A program made the position numbers and the translations under genes. A stretch of DNA of 63,784 bases, filler included, from Salisapilia sapeloensis CBS 127946 (taxonomy: Eukaryota > Protista > Oomycota): the NCBI GenBank assembly GCA_023334545.1. It is 4 parts of 4 records of this genome, joined end to end, with 100 filler letters (N's around TTAATTAATTAA, not from the genome) between each part and the next. Parts side by side here need not be neighbours in the genome. Positions count along the whole stretch, not along the records: positions 42,898 to 60,105 come from JAADVB010000341.1; 3 more parts are not named here. One strand, given 5' to 3'. The notes below the pieces were generated by a model. It did no database searches. It saw nothing but the letters and a program-made list of their open reading frames with translations, and was not told where the DNA came from. Each line of letters starts with the position of its first letter. Within the stretch, counting starts at the first letter, position 1. This document shows, piece by piece, positions 45,305 through 55,968 of this stretch.

Positions 45305-46037
45305 GCTGCTGCTTCGGAAGCGCTCAAGTTTTTAAAAAGGAGTTTATGGACCAGGCTTTCGGTTCTGAGATGCGGAGCAGGTTTGGAAGTGAGACTAAAG
45401 GGCGGATTTGATCAATATAGCAGATCGGTAAAACGACTTTTGTTCTTAAAATAGACACTAAACGGTAGCGAACTGTCGCGCATCCCATATCTACTAAGAT
45501 AACTAAGGTCTTTTCATGAGTAGACGACGCAGTTGGCACGAACTGACCGAAACGTTCCAACCTATTGTTAGGCTATTAGATTTATAGTGGATAGAGAAAT
45601 TATGTTCATATACAAGGAAAAACTCGAGGGACGATTGCATGTTTGCTGTTTCTTCCGTATGGGCTCTCTGTTCATGTCAAATAGCTCAAGACCTTTCACT
45701 ATAACCAAAGCAAGGTATAGAACGTGGCAATGGGCACTATCCAAGTATTGATTCTATTGAGCAGGAAAGAACTATTCATGGCTGCAGCAACGAATGGTTC
45801 TATCCTTTGTGTCATATCCGAGCAGCCCCCAGATATGCTCAATATTGAAGCACTTGCCTTCTCTGACTTACCAGATCCACTGCTTCAAGTTCGTAGCGAT
45901 CATCGGGTATGAAAGGTATTTATGATATATTACAGGTTTTTTCGTTTTGATTCGCTCGTGTCAGCTATTTTAAACCAATCATAGGTCATTATTCGATCAG
46001 ATACGGTGACAACAACACGAGAAAACTAAAGCGCGTG

Positions 46038-48851
46038 ATGGAAGCGATCGAAGCTCCTCCGCCTCCTCCGCCTCCTGCATCCGAATATAGCGAAGCACCT
46101 TCAGATGCAATCGAGGCGGCTCCACCACCCCCACCACTTGATCCGGAGGAAGAAGCACAGCCAAAATCTATGACACAGCTCGCACAGGAGTCATCCAATT
46201 GGACACTGCATTCGGATCGAGAGCTGCATCAGTATTTACAACGTTACTCTGCCACGTTCTTTGCTCGTACGAAGGAGCTGGAGGATAATGTTCGAGATGT
46301 AGCAGCAGATGCGGATGCAGCCAACGTCCGCCTTCATAATACTTTTAATCAGTTTCTCTTGCTTTCTGATAATCAGTTTATCGAAAATCGCGTCTATGAC
46401 GAAGACCAGGATGAAGAACGAGTGAGCGACAAAGGAGGTGAGTCGGATGAGAATGGAAAGCCAGAGGAAGTTGAGAATGGCGAGAAGGCAGACGACAGTG
46501 AAGACGTACAGAAGAAACCAAAGGCTGGAGAATCCATTGCAAAAAAGTACCGATCAGCATTGGAAATGGGTTTAGAAGCCATGAAACTGTTTCTCATTTT
46601 GGATGATGACAAGTCTGATAAGGACAGTGATGCCTCGAGTGTTTCCAGTTCCTCTTCCGAAGACATGGACTCAGTGCTGGACATTTACAACGAACGTCCA
46701 CTGCCATTTATCATAGGAACACAAGAGTTCTTGGACGATGAAATGCTCGGACTTGGCGGCATTCCCTTTATTGACGATGAAGACGAAGATGACGACGAGT
46801 CTTCCTCGGAAGCTTCCAGCAGTGGATCTTCTTCTGGCTCCTCCTCTGGCGCATCTGACTTATCGGACTCGGATTCAGACGTCTCATCTTCGGACGTATC
46901 CAGCTCCAGCTCCGGTTCAGACGCATCTGACAGAGCAGAAAAGTCGAATCATAGTAAACGTCCATCGAGTCCTGTCCATTCCGAGATCAGCGACACTTCC
47001 AGTGGTCTCTTTGGAGGTGCCAAGGATGAGGAACCTGTCCAACGTCCGGCTCGACCGCCCGTTCCTACCTTTGCTGATGACAGTAGTGATAGCGATTTCA
47101 GTAGTGACAGTGATGAAAGTACACCTGCTAGACGCAAAAGTAGTGCGCAGCCTACGACACCTCGAAGGGCTGAAAGCAGCTCTTCAGATAGTAGTGATGA
47201 CGATGAACTCTTTGGGTCGTCTGCTAGGCCTTCACAGGAGAAGAAACGAAAGAGCTCTTTGTTTGACGAACAGTCGACGGACGGGGATCTCTTCGGCCCG
47301 ACATCGACGCCTACGCAGAAGAATCGTAGAGACTCTTCGTCCTCTTCTTCATCGGAAGATGACGGAGGACTCTTTGGAGAAAGCCAACGACAGTCTCAGC
47401 CTACGACGCAGCAACACAATAGCTTCTTATCAGAAAGCGACAGTGACCAAGAGTCGACGACGAGTGGGCTCTTCGGACGAGCTTCGACACCTGCTGCGAC
47501 GCCTAAACCGACGCAGCCAAAGCAGCAGCATGTGTCATTCTACGAAGCCAAGAGTGACGATAGCAGTGACGACGATGATAATTCTTTGTTCAGAGCTGCA
47601 GAAGGTCGACCGCAACGCGTGATGGTGCCTCCATCCGGTCGGAAGCCTGCATCGGACTCGAGCAGTAGTGACGATGACAGTGACGACGACACAGGTCTCT
47701 TCGGATCCACTCCGACCACTTCTGCTCCAGCGTCTGCTCCGATGCATCCACGAGCCGAGCGCAAGTCGTCTCTGTTTGCAGAAGACAGTGACAGTAGTGA
47801 CGATGACACTGGACTGTTCGGAGCTCCTGCCAAAGCGGAGGAGAAGCCAGCGAGTAGTGCTCCATCACAGGCTGTCCCAGCAGCCCAACCTACCGTTCAG
47901 TCTCGAAAAGAAAGTAGTAGTGATAGCGATAGTAGTGATGGTGGTTTGTTCGGCACACCTGCTCCTGCACAACGTACTACGCCTCAGCAGACGACTGCTC
48001 CTTCGAATCCTCCTCCGATGAGACAGAGACCGGAATCGAACTTATCGGACGCGAGTGAATGGAGTGAAGGAGGGCTGTTTGGTACACCAGCGAGTACCCC
48101 TGCACCTTCCTCTGGTCCTCCACAAACAACTTCGTCATTTGTTGCGACTGCAGCTCCTTCAAATACACCTCCGGTAAGACAGAGGCAAGATTCCAACCTG
48201 TCAGACATGAGTGAATGGAGTGAAGGGGGGCTGTTCGGTACGCCAGCGAGTACTCCTGCACCTTCTGCTAGCCCACAGACTACTACTTCATCATTTGTTC
48301 CCACTACAGCTCCATCGAACCCACTTCCGGCAAGACAGAGGCAAGACTCGGATCTATCAGATATGAGTGAATGGAGCGAAGGAGGACTGTTTGGTGCACC
48401 TGCGAGTACTCCCTCTCCAGCTCCTGCTACACAGGCCACTCCTGCTCCTGCTCCTGCTGCACAGACAGCACCTTCACAATCTGCTGCTAGCACTGCTCCT
48501 TTAAATCCACCTCCGGTGAGACAAAGGCCGGAGTCGAATCTTTCCGATGCGAGTGAATGGAGTGAAGGAGGATTGTTCGGTGCTCCGGCTCCTGCGTCGT
48601 CTGCTGCTCCCACGACAACACGTGCTACCTCTGCTTCAACACCATCACCAGGTCAGCAGAGCACACCGGCTACGCAACCAGCTACTGGAGCGTCTACTAC
48701 GAATACGGGAGAGCCACAGACAGGATCATCGGCACCACCTCCGTTACAGAATCCAGCGGCGAGGATGCGTGCAATGGAGTCGGACGACTCGAGTTCAAGC
48801 GATGACTCCGATTGGGACGACGGAGGAGGGTTGTTTGGTACTGGCAAATAA
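46038..48851 (+). CDS. WASHC2: WASH complex subunit 2 (FAM21)
   Basis: Head WTLHSDRELHQYL...RLHNTFNQFLLLSDNQFIENRVYDED and RPLPFIIGTQEF; disordered tail with many acidic LF motifs. Confidence 0.88.
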   Translation: MEAIEAPPPPPPPASEYSEAPSDAIEAAPPPPPLDPEEEAQPKSMTQLAQESSNWTLHSDRELHQYLQRYSATFFARTKELEDNVRDVAADADAANVRLHNTFNQFLLLSDNQFIENRVYDEDQDEERVSDKGGESDENGKPEEVENGEKADDSEDVQKKPKAGESIAKKYRSALEMGLEAMKLFLILDDDKSDKDSDASSVSSSSSEDMDSVLDIYNERPLPFIIGTQEFLDDEMLGLGGIPFIDDEDEDDDESSSEASSSGSSSGSSSGASDLSDSDSDVSSSDVSSSSSGSDASDRAEKSNHSKRPSSPVHSEISDTSSGLFGGAKDEEPVQRPARPPVPTFADDSSDSDFSSDSDESTPARRKSSAQPTTPRRAESSSSDSSDDDELFGSSARPSQEKKRKSSLFDEQSTDGDLFGPTSTPTQKNRRDSSSSSSSEDDGGLFGESQRQSQPTTQQHNSFLSESDSDQESTTSGLFGRASTPAATPKPTQPKQQHVSFYEAKSDDSSDDDDNSLFRAAEGRPQRVMVPPSGRKPASDSSSSDDDSDDDTGLFGSTPTTSAPASAPMHPRAERKSSLFAEDSDSSDDDTGLFGAPAKAEEKPASSAPSQAVPAAQPTVQSRKESSSDSDSSDGGLFGTPAPAQRTTPQQTTAPSNPPPMRQRPESNLSDASEWSEGGLFGTPASTPAPSSGPPQTTSSFVATAAPSNTPPVRQRQDSNLSDMSEWSEGGLFGTPASTPAPSASPQTTTSSFVPTTAPSNPLPARQRQDSDLSDMSEWSEGGLFGAPASTPSPAPATQATPAPAPAAQTAPSQSAASTAPLNPPPVRQRPESNLSDASEWSEGGLFGAPAPASSAAPTTTRATSASTPSPGQQSTPATQPATGASTTNTGEPQTGSSAPPPLQNPAARMRAMESDDSSSSDDSDWDDGGGLFGTGK

Positions 48852-49149
48852 AGAAATGAGAAGGAAAAGATACAAGAACGATACATGACTTTGGTTGTTG
48901 TATCTGCAATTGAGCATATTAAAGATGCAATATATACTAGAGAAAGTAGAGAGGATATATTTGTGGCAGTTGAGGCCATTAATGTCTTGCCAGCTTACGT
49001 AGCAGAGCGTTCAGAGAGAAGCTAAATGTGGTAAAGTAGAGGAGCTTCGCTACGAGGCAAAGATATGCTGAGATGAATGTAGTTTTGGGAAATTCGTGAC
49101 AAAAGAATTATCTGTGACCTTAACGCTGTCAAACCAAGAAGATTAGGAA

Positions 49150-50300
49150 CAATGATAAAGTTTCTTGGTAAGATCACTGGGCTACACTAGAATCTTAGGA
49201 ATCAGAGGCTCCGTAATGAATATCGAGCAACTGCAAAATTCGTCAAGCTGTTCCATGCTGTGAACTGGAGCAAAGGAAGCATCAGCTTGTATGATTTACG
49301 TAAGAATCGAATTTACTGCTACAGTTGTACTGATGGAGCGAATTAGACCATCCCTAGATGGCTATGGTGTTGGAAGATGACTAGGCGTATAGTGTGATGA
49401 ATATAGTATCACTTTATGAGAAGCTCAGACAAGCATGAGAAGAGTAAAAGGCAGATTGTGCAGCCTTCTGCGTAATGCCGATTCCCCGACTACGCACACG
49501 TGCTATCCAGTACTACATCTAGTGCATACAGACAGATTTTACCGAAGGTTGGACGACGTTCATATTGGGAGTTCATCAAATAGTTTTAAAATGCAACGAT
49601 TAGATTGTCTACAAGTAGAAATTTCGTAATGGCAACCATCTTACTTTTCTGGCAGAGTGGAAGAAGAGTTTACTTCTTCACATTAATTACCATTTCGATG
49701 TTCAAAGCGAAAGTCATCCACCTGTTCGCAGATGTCGTTCCGATTAATGTACGGAAATTTGGAGTCCACTATAGTGCACTGACCGTAGTAGAGGTTCCCG
49801 CAAATGATGTGTTGTCTGTAATCTCTGCTATCATTAAACAACTATCGTCACCAAGTGGCTAGAGGCGTATAGTGGCCATTTCGTTTGGGTTTCTTGATCA
49901 TTAGTGTATCACTCTTTTCATATTGGAAATGCCAGAGAGGACGAGGTATGCTGTAAGCACCGTATAAAGAGGTAGTATTCACGAGCAATAAAAAGAGTAC
50001 AAAATGTAGTTTCACATCTACAGCGTTCATGAATGGCAATCGTGGAAACACAGGAATGCACTGAAAAGCGTATGTTTGATCAAGTGTGGAAATGCTACTG
50101 AATTAAAAGAGGAGAATCAGAAACTTTGTAAAATACTGCAACCACCTCGTTAAAAGCGACAGTTACAGGTAGAGCTTACTGATCTGCTATGAATGCTCTC
50201 ATCGACCTAAACAATAGACCGATTATTGTTTGGTGGGATAGACCGTCTTGCCCTGACTAGAAGATGATTTATACATACAAAACAGTTCCGAATCGTCTAG
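49150..50300 (+). pseudogene. Possible heavily degraded relative of the micro-exon LRR gene
   Basis: Fragments NLRNQRL, LLRNADSPTTHTCYPVLHLV (60 nt, phase-2 layout), NGNHLTFLAE (cf. NGNNITFLGE at 61512-61583) and FHIGNAREDE (cf. YFMGNPLDDE). Confidence 0.3.
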
Positions 50301-52159
50301 TCGAGAAGGAGCGTGATGCGTTTGGCCCTAGTGCCAATGAGATCTTCACGCGAGCTTCTCGAAGAAGGTGTAGCAAATCATTGTACTGAAAGCGGCAACT
50401 TGGGCGACAATACACGAAGAAGCGATCGAAATAGCGCAATGTTTTATACAACAAGCAATGAGATGTATTGGATGACCGCATACATCCAACATGCAGTTCG
50501 GCAAATCCAATCTTGTGCATTTTGCTTAGAGGATCTGTATACTGAAGTTTATATTCCATTCTGCTTGGAAACTTCACAGTTCAGTGCTCTTTTGCTGTGC
50601 AATTTCCATCATGCCTATTCTTTTTCAACCCTTTACTTAAAGCTTCTATGTGCAGACGTCAAACTGTTCACCCACGGTCAAATTTTTAACCTTTAGCGAA
50701 TGTACTAGCACATCCTCTCCAGACCTTACGTCTATCACAACAACCAAGAAGGGCTTAGTGACATAGTCTTTCGACACTCTTCGCTAGATGACAGCAAGGT
50801 CACGACTAACATTTTCGTCTTGGAATCCACTACTTTACGAGCTACACAGTGCAGCTTCGTAATGAACACCCTCTGACACAAAAAGCTTCTCAGTGTATCC
50901 TACCGGTTCTCGCAAGCGTACCGTTTATTCATTCTTCAAGGTACGGAAGCTTCTGATATAGTCCCAAAGTTTGCATTTCAGTATCTCAAAACCATTCGAT
51001 TGATGCTTCGTAAAAGTCAAAATAATCAGTCAGCTATCTCTCCAGGCAAAGTGTCCCGGTGCGAACAAATTAATTGAAGAATTAAAAGCTTACATATACC
51101 GGCCGAGACAAATCTATTGTGGTAAATGTCTCCTGTGACGTCAAATATAACTCATCTTCAGATAAAGATAGTCACTCATTGCTAAAGCTAAACAATCCTA
51201 CATTACATCCTGCATGGATGAATTCGATATAAATAAAATTCATACTTACGACTTGTCGGTCGTGGCGCTTTCCCGTCCCCTAGACTAACGACGCAATGAA
51301 CTCCAGGATACCATCTGCTTGAAGTGCATCCTCCGACTAGCTTAGTCTGATGTAGTGTTGAGCAGTCATCGCGCGCCAGCTAGCGTCTATTGACATCGTG
51401 TGCTTCGTAAACCATATTCTGCATGTGCAGTCAATGCATTGACGGAATAACTTTAACTGCCTAGCACTCTCTTTATAGATATGTTTTAATGATTTAGATG
51501 GTAGAACTGGCTAGCTGTATGGTATTTAATTCCGCACCGATACATCTTACGGGGGATGCCTTTCATACAGACGGACTTTTTGTACATACGTATCGATCGG
51601 AAGTGTCACTTCTGGCCAATCCACATCACAATTTCTGAACTTCCATCAGTCTTCAGAGATTGTTTCCCGTCTGCAACTATTAAAGATAAATACGTACTTA
51701 AGACTTTAACTGCTCTCTACATCATGGTAATACAGCCTTCTATCGTAATAAACCTTAAAAGCATCAATTGGTGCTCCTACCCTTGTGCGTATGTGTCGGA
51801 TGACTCTTGTCACCAAGAGCTTCGTGGTTGCTTGCGGTGCGGTATATACGAACAGCTGCGATCTTACATCGCATATCGCTGGTCAATCCTACCATTGGAC
51901 CACCATGAAAGTATCTTCAGATTTCTACTAAAATAGAACAATTATGGTAGAGGCATATACCATGCTAGGCTCCGATTCCTAGGTAGATTTAACTTTAGTT
52001 TTGCTCGAGCAATCGCCATTTGTATGACCGGAATGACGTCAAGTAATCGGAATCCAGCTCCTTCTGTTTGTTATCCTTGAAGCTGTGGGTGCAATAACAA
52101 TTCAATGAATACATTCACAAGCGAAAAGGAATTTGCCTGCCTGCTTTATCGATTAATTT

Positions 52160-52175
52160 GCTCATTCTGTAATTT
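52160..52175 (+). promoter_or_regulatory. Oomycete Inr+FPR core promoter of the transporter
   Basis: GCTCATTCTGTAATTT. It lies downstream of the track start (52105), which favours the ATG at 52222. Confidence 0.75.
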
Positions 52176-52221
52176 GCTTCGTTCCGAGACCCGAAGCAGC
52201 AAGACTTCACAGTTGCCAAAG

Positions 52222-53679
52222 ATGACGGACGGAAACGACGCTAATCTCGGACCTGGCATCGAAGAAGGCCTTATCTCGCCTAACACGAAGTTTTCGAACC
52301 AACTCAATTCTCCTACTGCTGATGATGAAAAGAAGGAAACCACGAGTGCGTCCGTGCCGTTGCTCCTAGCTATCGCACTTCCTCGTCTTGCGGCCAGTAT
52401 GGCGTGGGCGGCTCAATGGGCTGCTCTCGGACCATACTTGAGTACCATGCTTCCGAACTCCGCCGTCCAGGCCACGCAGCTCATTGGACCACTTTCTGGT
52501 ATCATCGTTGCCCCCATCGTTGGTGTTTTCAGCGACAAAAGCTCCAATAAGTTCGGCCGTCGACGCCCGCTACTCGTTGGCGGAGCGATTGCGAGTGCTA
52601 TTTGCTGGACGTTGATGGGTTTCACGCGTGAAATGGGTACGGCTTGTGGTGACTATGGTGACGGTACAGGCCCCACCGACCGAACGTACACCGCCGTTTT
52701 CACGATTATCTTCTACATCTGGATGGACATCACGGTCAACATCGTCATGACGCCCGGATTCCTGATCATCGCTGACTTTGCCGGAGATCGCCAGACGCTT
52801 GGTGCTTCTATTGGTCAGGGATGGTCGATGCTCGGTCAGATTCTCGTCGCTATCTACATTGAAGCCTTCGGTTCTGCGTACCTGACGATCCACTGGTTCC
52901 TCGGTATGCTCGCTGTCGTCATGCTTCTTTGCGTTGCTATCTGCTGTTTCTGCGCAAAGGAAACGCCTATCGAGAAGCCTGAGACGACGGAGTCAATGAT
53001 CAAGCAGGTTGGCAACGCCTTTTACCAGATCTATTACGGTATCAAGACGCTTACGGGACCACTCATCGTCTACTGGATCGTCTTTTTCCTCATTCAGTTT
53101 GGCCACACTTCATACAACGGCAACAAAGGGCAGTTCTTCGGTCTTGAAGTCTTTGACGGCCAGTCGCAAGGTGCTGACAACTGTGGTGCCAACTGTAACG
53201 AGGCACAGCAAGACTACAACGAAGGTGTTCAGACCGCTGGTGGCCGCACCGATCTCATCTACAACGTCGTCGGGTATGCCGCTTCGTGGGTAATCCCGTA
53301 CTCTGTGCGATTCATCGGTGCCAAGTGGACACTTGCCGTCGCGCTTGTCCCACAGATGTGCTTTATCGCCCTTGCGTACACGACCGATGTTTCGCTGGCT
53401 ATGTTCTGGGTGTGCTTCCACGGTGTCTCACAGTGTGTCATCTTCTCATTGATGGTTCCGGTGATTGTCCACGTCTTTGGAAGCAACAACATTGGTGTTT
53501 ACGTCGGGGCTCTCAACTCGGCCAACGCCGGAGGGCAGTTACTCAATTTCCTTTTGGGCACGGCTACCGTCGATACTTCCATGGGGTACAAGCTCCCTGT
53601 GCTGCTCGGTGGCATAATCAGCTGCGTTGCCGTTTTCGTGACCGTGTTCTTCCTCAAGCTGAAGATGTACTCGATGTAG
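52222..53679 (+). CDS. GPH-family (SUT/SLC45-like) MFS sugar transporter
   Basis: About 12 TM segments; GPLSGIIVAPIVGVFSDKSSNKFGRRRP; WMDITVN; GVYVGALN. Confidence 0.88.
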   Translation: MTDGNDANLGPGIEEGLISPNTKFSNQLNSPTADDEKKETTSASVPLLLAIALPRLAASMAWAAQWAALGPYLSTMLPNSAVQATQLIGPLSGIIVAPIVGVFSDKSSNKFGRRRPLLVGGAIASAICWTLMGFTREMGTACGDYGDGTGPTDRTYTAVFTIIFYIWMDITVNIVMTPGFLIIADFAGDRQTLGASIGQGWSMLGQILVAIYIEAFGSAYLTIHWFLGMLAVVMLLCVAICCFCAKETPIEKPETTESMIKQVGNAFYQIYYGIKTLTGPLIVYWIVFFLIQFGHTSYNGNKGQFFGLEVFDGQSQGADNCGANCNEAQQDYNEGVQTAGGRTDLIYNVVGYAASWVIPYSVRFIGAKWTLAVALVPQMCFIALAYTTDVSLAMFWVCFHGVSQCVIFSLMVPVIVHVFGSNNIGVYVGALNSANAGGQLLNFLLGTATVDTSMGYKLPVLLGGIISCVAVFVTVFFLKLKMYSM

Positions 53680-55968
53680 TAAGCTCTGTCTTTTTAATTC
53701 AATTTGTTCATTGCAATAAACGCTTCTTGCTGGTCTGTTTCATATATCCAGCTCAGATTTTTTTATAGTGGTAGCAACGTGAGTTGTCGACTCGCCCACT
53801 CATTCGTGAGCATACAGGATGTAGAGGCTCTCTGGTCTAAGAGAGTACCCACAATAGCTTTTGTGGTGTGAGTCAGTTGCTCCGATTAATAGACATGAAA
53901 ACGCAGTGTCTTTCTTTGGCAGTGGCTCTTCAACGACAAGGATGGGATCGACAGAAAGCAAACATCGCAGTTTATACTCCTGAGCAATCCTTCGTGATGA
54001 CACAAGTACGAATATAGCTTTAGCCGATCAAGTTCGGCAGATAAAACTAGTGGGCTCTATATGTAGGATAAAAGGATAAAGCAGAGGACAGAATGATGCT
54101 CATAATTAGAGTTGATAATTGCTTTCCATGCGGATACGGTATCAACTTAGCAGTCAAATGGATGAGAGATATCGTGTGATTTTATTAAGTTTGAAGTTGT
54201 TGCTGCAGGCGCTAGAGTTGGGGTAGTTCAGCGTGCTGATGTCTATCGTAATACATCGAGTTTTTGTCGAACCATGAAACACATAATGAGTGCTATTTGG
54301 TGCTCATACAGGACTGAAGGACGTTATTTCATTTGTCTTTAATATGTATATACTTATCGTACTAATGGAATGAACATGTAGAACATCGCCGCATGAAGGC
54401 CGATAGAGTATTGGTCTCTACGTCACGTGAAAATGGCGCTCGACAGTTCTCACTCACTTTTATCTACACTGTGTCTCCTAATGCATTCATGACAGGCTTC
54501 AATTCACTAAGTGTTATTGTTGGTTCTACTTCAACTTTCCTATGACGGTTCATTGAATCACCAGATTCGAATCCCCCAAACTCTAAATTGTATATTTTAC
54601 GCTGCCAAAAGTGATTTCACGAAAAACACAATACGGAGAGGACTTTGCTGAGCAGTTCTCGGAATGGTAGCAGTAAGAAAACCTTTTAAGTTTCTCAAAA
54701 TGTTGTGAAGGGCAATGGATGGAAGAGGAATATAGCTGCAGTGTAGAGACTTTTCACGTTAGATAGTGCCAATTCTTGGTTATTTGCGATCTTCTCTTCT
54801 CGATCTACATCTGTTCATCGCAGTTGTCTCGGACCTTTCGGCAACCTTTCCAGCCTAATATCAGATCCTCTCTTTCGAACCTTGTACGAAATCGTTCATT
54901 CTCTGATTTCCCACAGCGCGCGCAACCGGACAGAAGCAATCCGCGCTCAACGTGCAAGACCTCTGGCGTCCAGATCTTCCTGGAAGTCATTTCTTCGTCA
55001 ACGTGTGCCGGCCAACCGGAGGGAGCTCGAAGTGTGACTAAAATGTCTTGCACTGGTAGACCATTTCGTGCAAGACTATCCGATGGAGTCGACATGTGGA
55101 GGCTGCCATGACTTTGAGCTTCTACGTAGAAGATGGGCGAAGCGAAGAGATGCGAGAGCTAAGGCGAGACGATTGGAGATATACATATGAAAAGGGGACG
55201 TCGTGGCTATTTTGACGGAACAATGTGGATGGAAAGCTATGCGGCACATGTGCTGCAGATATGCGTAGCAGTCTACACCCATGTATTTTTGAGCATATAC
55301 GGGAGGACAGTATGGATGCCAGTGTTCTCTCGTTTTCGCTTAGAATAGCTGGTAGTGGGTAAATTCAAACGGAAATGACAATGACTACAGTGCTTTGGAT
55401 ACGCGAAGTTTTACCTTTCGGTGGGTTGAAGAGACCTGCATTACCGGTAACTAGGCAAGGTTACCGCTTCGCTCATCGCTTTTGAAAAATTGTGTGGCTC
55501 GGTCATAATTTAAATTTTGGCGCACTTGGTGTTCATTTAAAGAATAGTTTAGGTTACTTTTATCGGCTATACTTTTCCCGTAGCTTAACATGATTCACCT
55601 AACCAACATTCGTTTTATCCAATGATATATTAACTGCGCATTTACCGGTTTCGAGCGTTTTATTAACTGCGAGCTCATATGGTGGCGCGAATTTTGGCGA
55701 TCTTTCATCGTTGCTAAAAAGCACCCCACCGCTGGTGTTTGGTTACACGGTTATGATGGAAATGGTACCGTAGATATCTTATCTGCAGGCGGATTACACG
55801 GACTCGACTTTTTATGCATGTAGTCTTCGTAACTAGAAACAGAAGTTGCTCAAGTCAATGTAGCCGATGTGGTTTGACCTGCGAAGAGACTCCAGCACGT
55901 ATGTCGACGGTTCCCAGCCCAACCATATCGGCACCTAGACTTCAACGAGACAATGCTCTTGTTTTGAA

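Noticed and set aside
45724-45912. Ankyrin-like AATNG
   Set aside because: Single weak match with no repeat periodicity.
52105-52221. N-terminal extension of the transporter
   Set aside because: The Inr/FPR element lies inside it, so transcription probably starts downstream.
54776-55282. Short ORFs with CxxC
   Set aside because: No recognisable domain or supportable splice model.
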